The notes under the pieces are model-generated. The model worked only from the letters and a program-made list of their open reading frames with translations, did no database searches and was not told the DNA's origin. Source: Opitutales bacterium (GTDB lineage: Bacteria; Verrucomicrobiota; Verrucomicrobiia; Opitutales; PNEW01). Taken from it: a stretch of DNA of 32,000 nt. Location: assembly GCA_965219535.1 (NCBI GenBank), contig CBDCNV010000001.1, forward strand, positions 1,890,001 to 1,922,000. Direction: 5' to 3'. Each line of letters opens with the position of its first letter. Position 1 is the first letter of the stretch. Both the position numbers and the translations under genes were made by a program. Below, in pieces: positions 9,757 through 17,076 of this stretch.

Positions 9757-10605
9757 GATCAGAATTTTTTCTCCGCCATCTTCCAAGACATAGTGGCCTC
9801 CATCCGAAAATTTATGTACTTCCGCGGTTGGGTAAGACTTCATCCAGGTTTCTAAAAAATGATCATTAAAGCAGAAATCCTGTTCACCCCAACAGATGAG
9901 AACCTGGTTTTTTTGAAATTCCTGAAGACTGTTTTCAATCTCCTGCATTAAAGGATAACTATTATCTTTTGGCCTCATTGGGATATCCTGGACAAAGCGC
10001 AACTGCGCAATTCGGCTACTCCAATTATGGTAAGGAAAGAGAAAACCTTCTCGAACTTTCCCTTTGAGCCCTCCTTTTTTCGCGGTAGCCATGGTTAATG
10101 CATAGCGAGCAAAAACATTAAATGCGCGGATTAGCACGGCACCTAAGATTGGTGTTCGACACAACTTAATACGTAAAGGAAGTTGCTGCGACAAAAAGGC
10201 TGCGGTGTTTAGAATTATTATTTTCCCTACTCTATCTGGCATATTTTTCGCCAGTCCCATTCCAATTGCGCCACCCCAATCATGGATAACAAGATGAAAA
10301 CGCTTGATGTTTAATTTGCTTACCAGTTGCTCTACATTTGCGATATGCGTTGAAAGACGGTAAGGATAAATCTGAGGTTTACTTGAAAGTCCGCAGCCCA
10401 TGTGATCGGGTGCAACACAACGAAATTGATCACGGAGCTTTAAGACTAAATTACGATAATAAAAAGACCAAGTCGGGTTGCCGTGTAACATCAACACTAC
10501 CTCCCCTTCCCCTTCATCGAGGTAATGCAAACTATTTTCTTTTATACCCAGATAGTGACTATCAAATGGATAAAGGGGATAAAGTGTTTTATTAATTGTA
10601 AGCAT
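9727..10605 (-). CDS. Alpha/beta-fold hydrolase of the haloalkane-dehalogenase / OleB-like type (Asp nucleophile)
   Basis: 292-aa ORF. H41-G-N-P-T-W oxyanion/halide motif, nucleophile elbow VIHD109WGG, acid candidate WGEQD243F and H271 in GGHYV. Last gene of the minus-strand cassette. Its 3' end overlaps malQ by 30 nt. Confidence 0.8.
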   Translation of the reverse strand: MLTINKTLYPLYPFDSHYLGIKENSLHYLDEGEGEVVLMLHGNPTWSFYYRNLVLKLRDQFRCVAPDHMGCGLSSKPQIYPYRLSTHIANVEQLVSKLNIKRFHLVIHDWGGAIGMGLAKNMPDRVGKIIILNTAAFLSQQLPLRIKLCRTPILGAVLIRAFNVFARYALTMATAKKGGLKGKVREGFLFPYHNWSSRIAQLRFVQDIPMRPKDNSYPLMQEIENSLQEFQKNQVLICWGEQDFCFNDHFLETWMKSYPTAEVHKFSDGGHYVLEDGGEKILILIRDFLLRN

Positions 10606-10612
10606 TTAATCA

Positions 10613-11647
10613 TTAAATCGACAATGCCATCATCATGCAGCTAATACCGCTTCCTATACCTAACAATGCGGTATTAGAACCTGATTTCATCAAGCCCTCT
10701 TCTTTTGCCATCGCAAGTGTTAATGGCAGCGATACTGATCCCATATTTCCAAGGAAGCTGAATGTTGAATAGTCTTTATCCAAATCCAACTTAAGGGCAT
10801 TGTAGAGTTGACGTTGGTGAGCTCGGCCAACTTGGTGACAGATAATATGGTCTGGAGTTGATTCATTCCAGAGCGTCTCAGTCTTAAATTTATTCCAAGC
10901 ACGTTCAGCTACTCCTATACCTGCAATGAGAAGCTCTTCTGAATTTGTCTGCATTGCTAACCCTTCTTCAGCTGCAGTATCACCTTCACATAATTCGCTA
11001 TGATTGGTATCAGTTTCGACAATGGCATTTAATATTCTCGGGCAATTCTCATGAGCGAGCGAGGTATGACAAAGAATGAATGCTACCGCTCCTGCACCAA
11101 TAGTGAGATTAGCGAAATAAGGTTTAATTGAATTACGATTCAACTGTGGATTAAGCAAAAGCTTTAATGTGCTTTCAACTAGCGGCCGGCCATTTTCGCC
11201 CGCCACTATCATTGCTCTGCGAATTTGTTTATTCTGGATTAGACTGCCCGCGAGACTCATTGCGTTGAGAAAACCCAGGCAGGCATTAGATACATCAAAA
11301 GTCTGAGTATTTCCACTTAGACCGAGGTGGTGATGGACATAGGATGCGCTCGCAGGTTCCAATCGATCACGACAGACTGCCGCATGAATGAGTAAATCAA
11401 TCTCGTCTTTTTTAATCTGAGATTCAGATAATACTTTTTCTCCAGCTAAAGCACTGGCCTCAGATGGTAAAATAGGGCTGTCCCAGAATCGTCTTTCCTT
11501 AATTCCCGTCATCAATTCGAGGCGACCATGGGGAAGCCGTAAGCGCTCATAAAGGGAACCTAATTTAATTTCGATATCTTCTGAACTCCAGCTTTCGGGG
11601 GGGAGCTCGTAAGCCATCGCTTCGATGCATACGTCTTCGAATCGCAT
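10613..11647 (-). CDS. KAS III-fold thiolase (FabH/OleA-like condensing enzyme)
   Basis: 344-aa ORF. C123 in FDVSNACLGF, H271 in ICHQVG and N301 in FLGNMGSVSLP, plus E97 in CRDRLEPASAS. Lies 7 nt upstream of the hydrolase gene. Confidence 0.8.
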   Translation of the reverse strand: MRFEDVCIEAMAYELPPESWSSEDIEIKLGSLYERLRLPHGRLELMTGIKERRFWDSPILPSEASALAGEKVLSESQIKKDEIDLLIHAAVCRDRLEPASASYVHHHLGLSGNTQTFDVSNACLGFLNAMSLAGSLIQNKQIRRAMIVAGENGRPLVESTLKLLLNPQLNRNSIKPYFANLTIGAGAVAFILCHTSLAHENCPRILNAIVETDTNHSELCEGDTAAEEGLAMQTNSEELLIAGIGVAERAWNKFKTETLWNESTPDHIICHQVGRAHQRQLYNALKLDLDKDYSTFSFLGNMGSVSLPLTLAMAKEEGLMKSGSNTALLGIGSGISCMMMALSI

Positions 11648-11653
11648 CTCTAT

Positions 11654-12460
11654 CTATTTGGGCGGTCGCATGGATAGCTCAACCACTTCGCGATCAAAAT
11701 AGTTTAAGTCCATGCCCGCATTGACCACGATTCCTTGTCCATTTATTCCACTCGCACGTTCACTCAATAAAAATACTGCTGTATCTGAAACCTCCTTCGT
11801 TTCAACTGCTCGTTTACGAAAAGTGAGTTTTTCCGCATAAAGGTAATTTTCCAGATATCCTGGTATTCCAGCTGAAGCACTTGTTTTCAAGGGTGCCGCA
11901 TTCACAGTATTAAAGCGAATAGCTGTATTTTTGCTAAATGACTTTGCGAGATTACGAACACAACCTTCCAAGGCGGATTTAATCGGAGACATATAACCGT
12001 AGTTTTCCGCAGTTACTAAGTCTGAAGAAATACCTATTGAGACCACAGATGCTTGTTCTGTAAGCAGCGGTTTCATTGCACGGACAATTTCAACAAGGGA
12101 AAAAGCTGAAATTGTTGTAGCTTGTAAAAAGTCCTCGCGCTTGGTCTCGTGAAAAGGCTTAAAGCCTTCTGTGTAATTAGCAAAGGCGATAGAATGAACT
12201 ATTCCATCAAGGGAGCTTGTTATCGCCTCTATTTCTTTCGCTAAAAGATCAATCTGTTCTTGATCTTCAACATCGCATGTTAATACGGATTTATCTTTAA
12301 GCAGCTTGGATAATGATTTTTTACGATTTTCAGTACGAACGCTGTAAATAACTTTCGCCCCTTCCTTTTCAAGGGTATTGGCAATACACCACGCAACGCT
12401 TTTCTTGTTCGCAACACCGAATACGAGAAAAGTCTTATTTTCGATTTCGAGAAAACTCAT
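11654..12460 (-). CDS. fabI: FabI-type enoyl-ACP reductase-like SDR
   Basis: 268-aa ORF. FabI-style N-terminus FGVANKKSVAWCIA in place of the classical TGxxxGxG. Tyr-x6-Lys in YGYMSPIKSALE. Lies 6 nt upstream of the KAS III-like gene. It may be a paralogue rather than the housekeeping fabI. Confidence 0.75.
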   Translation of the reverse strand: MSFLEIENKTFLVFGVANKKSVAWCIANTLEKEGAKVIYSVRTENRKKSLSKLLKDKSVLTCDVEDQEQIDLLAKEIEAITSSLDGIVHSIAFANYTEGFKPFHETKREDFLQATTISAFSLVEIVRAMKPLLTEQASVVSIGISSDLVTAENYGYMSPIKSALEGCVRNLAKSFSKNTAIRFNTVNAAPLKTSASAGIPGYLENYLYAEKLTFRKRAVETKEVSDTAVFLLSERASGINGQGIVVNAGMDLNYFDREVVELSMRPPK

Positions 12461-12546
12461 TCTACATTAGTTTATTAAGAGCGAAGATTGGCACTAACAA
12501 GTGTCACTAAACAGACCATCCACTAAACGGGATAAAACCACACCTC

Positions 12547-12999
12547 TTACCCAATCAAAGCAAGGGCAAAATCAATGCTTAGGACAAGCTTATCCTTTGA
12601 TCTAATAGTCCCTCGCATAAAATGAAATTTGCTCAATGTTTCTTTGAATACGACTTCAGTCGTAATTTTATCACCGGGCCGCACCATATTTTTAAATTTA
12701 GCTTCTTTTATACGCGATAAAATTGGCGTATGATCTTTCAACGAATCATCACCTTGGCTTAATTTATTTTTCAAATAGATAGCTCCTGTCTGAAACACTG
12801 ACTCGCAGAGTAATACGCCGGGCATTAGTGGATTTCCAGGATAATGGCCTTCAAAATAGAATTCATTTTCGCGTATTTCTCTCGTCGTTGTAATTGTCTC
12901 ATCCGTGATATTAACTATCTCGTCGACAAAAAGAAACGGCGGTCGATGGGGGATGCTTTGGTATATTTCCTTCACGAATGATAAGATGATTCGCAACAC
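12547..12999 (-). CDS. fabZ: FabZ-type hotdog-fold 3-hydroxyacyl-ACP dehydratase-like protein
   Basis: 150-aa ORF with a GTG start at 12999. Motifs PHRPPFLFVDEI and FEGHYPGNPLMPGVLLCES carry the catalytic His and Glu context of FabZ. It may be a paralogue. Confidence 0.7.
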   Translation of the reverse strand: MLRIILSFVKEIYQSIPHRPPFLFVDEIVNITDETITTTREIRENEFYFEGHYPGNPLMPGVLLCESVFQTGAIYLKNKLSQGDDSLKDHTPILSRIKEAKFKNMVRPGDKITTEVVFKETLSKFHFMRGTIRSKDKLVLSIDFALALIG

Positions 13000-13049
13000 T
13001 TTGCAGTAATTAACTGCATAGATTGAGGGCTGCTATAAGCGATGAAACT

Positions 13050-14525
13050 TTAAATGCTTAGGGATGACTTTTGAAATCCCTTATTCACGCTTTTTTTAAA
13101 ATCACTAAGGTATTTATCAATTTTATGTGAAGTAATGACTCCGTAGTTAATAGTTCCTAACCATCCCGACATAATTATCCCTACGGATCCTGCATGGTAA
13201 AGTCCTTTTAGATTCTTGGGAAGATCCATAGATACCTTAAGTCCCTCGAATTTAGTTCCGAATGAAGTCCCTCCCATATGCTTCGTATAATGGTTTATCG
13301 TGCGAGGAGTAGCAGCTTCGATGTGATCTAGTTTGCTTCTAATATCCGGAATAAGCTTTTCCAGAGTGCTTAAAGACTCTTCGATAATGCGGTTCTTCTC
13401 CCGCTTGTAATCTTCTTCCGAGAGCGTGCTCCAATCTTCCCAATTACTGTTTAGTGAACAAACAATACTATATCTAGGTTCTTTGAGATGAGGGCGTGTA
13501 TCTGGATAGTAAAGTGAAAAGGTACGGCTGGAAGTGTGCATATCAACCAGTTCTTCACTCGTAAAATTCTTTGCATCTGAGGTAAATACGAGGTCGCCAA
13601 TAAAGGGGATCTTTTCCCCCTTTTTTACCCCTAAATACACTTGGCAGGAACTTGAATTGATGCGTATTTTATCAGCTTCTTCGACAAAATTTTTGGGGAA
13701 ATTTTCAGGGCCGACCAGTCGTTGAACAGTGTTTTTAATATTGGCATTTGAAAGAATGGCTTTGCAGCGAATCTGTCGGCCATTTACTTTGACTCCCGTA
13801 ATTCGTCTCGTGTTTTCATCTTCAGTAGTGATTATTTTATCCACGAGGCAGCATTTTCGGAGATGAACACCGTTTTTTTCCATTTCTTTTACCATCTTTT
13901 TAATCAAGATATCGGTGCCGCCTCTAAATGTATATACTCCCTTGTTCATGAAGTTAGAAAAAACAATGCCGTAGGTGATAGCTGGATCGTCGAGGGAAGA
14001 ACCATTGGCATAAGCAATGGGCTCCATTAATAGTCGTTTGATATCATCCCGCCCGGGAAAAAACTCTTCGAATAATTCACCCGTCGTTTGTTTTATTTCA
14101 TCATAGAAGTTCATCTTCTTCATATGATTAAAGAAACCTTCTACTTTATCTCTCGCCACTTTGAATCTATCCACAAAAAGACGCGTAAAATCACCTCGAT
14201 CGAATGTCGTCCAAACATTAAATTGCGGATTGATGAAACGCACATTCTTCAATTGAACAATGGAATCGGCAATCTCCTTGGTCCAATATTTCCGGCAAGA
14301 TTTAATCATGCCAATTGGAAAACCATGAAGGGAAATATCAAAAATATGCCCTCCCCTACGGCGAAACCATGTCGCTAGACCACCATATTGATAGTGGTGC
14401 TCTAAAAGCAGCACTGAATGACCACACTTGGCCAGGTAGTTGGCACCCGTTAATCCACCTAATCCACTGCCAATGACAATGACGTCATAATAATCCGAAA
14501 CATCTTTTAACCAATCTCTTGCCAT
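13050..14525 (-). CDS. FAD-dependent oxidoreductase, phytoene-desaturase (CrtI) / amine-oxidase-like
   Basis: 491-aa ORF. N-terminal Rossmann motif [36 protein letters not shown], and a length typical of the CrtI/CrtISO/retinol-saturase-like family. First gene of the cassette. Confidence 0.7.
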   Translation of the reverse strand: MARDWLKDVSDYYDVIVIGSGLGGLTGANYLAKCGHSVLLLEHHYQYGGLATWFRRRGGHIFDISLHGFPIGMIKSCRKYWTKEIADSIVQLKNVRFINPQFNVWTTFDRGDFTRLFVDRFKVARDKVEGFFNHMKKMNFYDEIKQTTGELFEEFFPGRDDIKRLLMEPIAYANGSSLDDPAITYGIVFSNFMNKGVYTFRGGTDILIKKMVKEMEKNGVHLRKCCLVDKIITTEDENTRRITGVKVNGRQIRCKAILSNANIKNTVQRLVGPENFPKNFVEEADKIRINSSSCQVYLGVKKGEKIPFIGDLVFTSDAKNFTSEELVDMHTSSRTFSLYYPDTRPHLKEPRYSIVCSLNSNWEDWSTLSEEDYKREKNRIIEESLSTLEKLIPDIRSKLDHIEAATPRTINHYTKHMGGTSFGTKFEGLKVSMDLPKNLKGLYHAGSVGIIMSGWLGTINYGVITSHKIDKYLSDFKKSVNKGFQKSSLSI

Positions 14526-14558
14526 TTATAGAGCATTATCAATTTACATCTCTCGATA

Positions 14559-14591
14559 TTAACGCAGTAATACTCAATTTTTCTGCGTTAA
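14559..14591. promoter_or_regulatory. Perfect 9-bp inverted repeat in the leader of the cassette
   Basis: TTAACGCAG (14559-14567) and CTGCGTTAA (14583-14591) are separated by 15 nt. The repeat lies 34 nt upstream of the flavoprotein start codon and 133 nt downstream of the NRAMP-like stop. Candidate operator, leader hairpin or terminator. Confidence 0.3.
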
Positions 14592-14723
14592 ACTCAATCC
14601 AAAAATCAATATAATGCGCTGAAATCTCTAGTGTTTACAGGGTAATAGTGATTGGGTAGCTAGTCGTAGTAATTTTTTCCCATTGAAGACGGTCAATAAA
14701 CAGCAAATTTTGTTATTTTAGAC

Positions 14724-15989
14724 TCAGAAAAAGCGAATTATTATGAAAATAATCCCGAAAGAAATGAAATAAACCAGGCCCAGAATGCTGATTATTCTCA
14801 TTCCCCTGCCCGGTCTAAATTCCTCGGGTGTAAACGGAGATGTAATGAGGCGATAATTGAGGAACGCAAAAACAGGCCCCGCAAGAAATGCAATGGTTGT
14901 AGCCAGATCTACTAATGCAGTCAAACGCTCCAGAAAAGAATTTATAATAATTAAGCTGATCAGGCACCCTATTCCGACCCACACCCATTGTAAGTGACGA
15001 CTGCTCAAGTTTAATTTTTTATAAACCAATTTTAACCCTACAGCCAGGGAACGTGGGTAAGCGTCAATTACCGTCAATGAGGTTGAAAACATCGCGGTAA
15101 AAGCGGCGATTGCGATTACTGGAGTCGCCCACTCCCCCAGGTAATGAGTGTAAAGCTTAACTATTTGCGTGGCAAATTTTGTCCCTGATCTTTCAAGTTC
15201 TACTCCGGATCCGTAAAAAACGAGGTATCCCAACATTAGAAACATAATCGCGAGAACAACAGTAAGGGAAAACCCGAAATTAAAATCAAACATGGCTTCT
15301 TTCAATGATGTTTTTCTCCCCTTTGATTTCTCATTTGCCAAAATCCATAGCGATTGCCACACGGATAACTCAATCGGTGCCGGCATCCAGCCCATAAGGG
15401 CGATGATAAACCCCATATTAGCCATGCTCCAGGCTGATGGCCCTTTATAATCCATTTCTGCGACTGGTCCATGAGCCAGGGCCACGATGAATGCCATCAC
15501 CGTAGCAATAAAAAGGAGCGCCATGATAGCTTTTATACAATAATCTAACCATTTATAGTGCCCGACGATAATTATTGCTGCACAAATCCCCATCAATCCG
15601 ACGCTGTAGACCGTTTCGCTAAAATTTATATCCAATAGATTATGCGCTAATCCAGCGGTTACAAAAGTTACAGCTGCAATACTGATGATGGCACTGATGA
15701 AATTTAAGAATAAGAAGGCATAGAGATAACCTAGCCCCAATCGGCGGTAACCGTGCATGAGACTTTCTCCTGTTGCCACCGCATAGCGATGTCCATATTC
15801 AAAAAAAGGATATTTAAAACAATTAACGAGGAGGATAACAATTATCAATTGCGTGCCATAATTGGCTCCTGCTCTCGTTGATTGAACAAGATGTGATACG
15901 CCAATAGCTGCTCCGGCCATCAGCAATCCAGGTCCTATTGCTTTTCCTAGTTTATATCTAGAAGATTCATTATCCATATAGATGGACAA
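14724..15989 (-). CDS. NRAMP-family-like polytopic membrane transporter (divergent)
   Basis: 421-aa ORF, highly hydrophobic with multiple TM segments. GPGLLMAG(A)AIG motif near the N-terminus and GWMPAP mid-protein resemble NRAMP TM1/TM6 motifs. The track start is TTG; the ATG at 15977 (MDNESS...) is a more likely start. Confidence 0.6.
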   Translation of the reverse strand: MSIYMDNESSRYKLGKAIGPGLLMAGAAIGVSHLVQSTRAGANYGTQLIIVILLVNCFKYPFFEYGHRYAVATGESLMHGYRRLGLGYLYAFLFLNFISAIISIAAVTFVTAGLAHNLLDINFSETVYSVGLMGICAAIIIVGHYKWLDYCIKAIMALLFIATVMAFIVALAHGPVAEMDYKGPSAWSMANMGFIIALMGWMPAPIELSVWQSLWILANEKSKGRKTSLKEAMFDFNFGFSLTVVLAIMFLMLGYLVFYGSGVELERSGTKFATQIVKLYTHYLGEWATPVIAIAAFTAMFSTSLTVIDAYPRSLAVGLKLVYKKLNLSSRHLQWVWVGIGCLISLIIINSFLERLTALVDLATTIAFLAGPVFAFLNYRLITSPFTPEEFRPGRGMRIISILGLVYFISFGIIFIIIRFF

Positions 15990-16344
15990 ATGGTATCGAG
16001 AATCCTGTGATTAAATCATCCGCTATTTTTGGAATCATAGAGTAACTTTTGGGGTTCAATATAGATACATCAAGCAAGATTTTATAAATGATGCTCGAAA
16101 TTATTACTCTAACTTGGATTCAAGATCTAAAATCCAGCTGCCTAATGCAATCGACTCAACGCTGGTTGAAATGGGATCTTAGCTATTCAATTCCGTTTCT
16201 GAATAAGATATTTATCTTTTGTCTATCAGAAATGACTAATTAGTTGTTATTTTCAAATATACAGGTTGTTTTTTATTGCAGATTGGGTGTAATTACTAAA
16301 ATAATCATGAAGTCATTTATGACGAAAACTAGAGTTTTAACTAC

Positions 16345-17001
16345 ATGAACAGTGTTGTAATTATAGAGGATCAGACTGCAGTCAGGGAAATGGTTGCACA
16401 AATCGTGCAATCTGAACCCGGTTTTGAAGTTGTAGCGGAAACGGGTGATGGCCAGGTTGCGTATAATCTTTGTATGGAACTAAAACCAGATTTTGTCATT
16501 CTCGATATCATGCTTCCTGGACTCAATGGAGCAGAGGTCCTTCGCCGTTTGACAAAACACCTCAAAAGCACGCGCGTTTTGGTATTTTCCGGTTTCCAGA
16601 ATCCAGCCTTAGTACGAGACCTCTTACAGGCTGGCGCTCATGGATTTGTTGAAAAATCAGCTCCCCTTTCAGAATTGAAAAAGGGTATTCAGGTCGTGGC
16701 CAATGGTGGTAGTTATTTCGGTCCCGAAGTTGCTCAATTCCTGCGTGAAGCTGTAGCTAACCCCTCTCCTAATAAAGCACCAAGTATAGATATATTAACT
16801 GCCAGGGAGCGCGAAATACTTCAACTCATTGCTGAAAGCAATAGCACAAAAGAAGTTGCCGCGAAATTGAATATCAGCGTGAAGACTGCAGAAAATCATC
16901 GCACTAATTTAATGAAAAAATTAGATCGTCATGATGTCGCCAGTCTTACTCGCTACGCGATTGAACAGGGATTGATTGAAAGCACGAATATTACCAATTA
17001 G
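16345..17001 (+). CDS. Two-component response regulator, NarL/FixJ (REC + LuxR-type HTH) family
   Basis: 218-aa ORF. Receiver motifs IIEDQ and [15 protein letters not shown]-terminal Lux[47 protein letters not shown]. No histidine kinase is adjacent. Confidence 0.9.
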   Translation: MNSVVIIEDQTAVREMVAQIVQSEPGFEVVAETGDGQVAYNLCMELKPDFVILDIMLPGLNGAEVLRRLTKHLKSTRVLVFSGFQNPALVRDLLQAGAHGFVEKSAPLSELKKGIQVVANGGSYFGPEVAQFLREAVANPSPNKAPSIDILTAREREILQLIAESNSTKEVAAKLNISVKTAENHRTNLMKKLDRHDVASLTRYAIEQGLIESTNITN

Positions 17002-17016
17002 TTTGATTCTCATTCG

Positions 17017-17056
17017 TTTCCCTGTTTATCCCTCTGCATCAGGCGGGAAAGTTTTT
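17017..17056 (+). terminator. Probable intrinsic terminator after the response regulator
   Basis: TTTCCC (17017-17022) pairs with GGGAAA (17045-17050), extended by TG/CA across a small bulge. It is followed immediately by GTTTTT. Confidence 0.5.
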
Positions 17057-17076
17057 AAAGATCCAATTTCTGCTCT

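Noticed and set aside
9727-10605. Interpreting the alpha/beta hydrolase simply as a xenobiotic haloalkane dehalogenase.
   Set aside because: The motifs allow it. However, the 7-nt coupling to an OleA-like thiolase within a lipid-type operon makes a lipid-pathway role (OleB-like) more plausible. It is kept as an alternative in the finding rather than as the call.
16307-16348. A 13-codon upstream ORF ([13 protein letters not shown]) whose TGA overlaps the response-regulator ATG in an ATGA arrangement.
   Set aside because: Short ORFs arise easily by chance in AT-rich DNA. There is no evident Shine-Dalgarno sequence and no conservation data. It is worth noting but not supportable as a gene.
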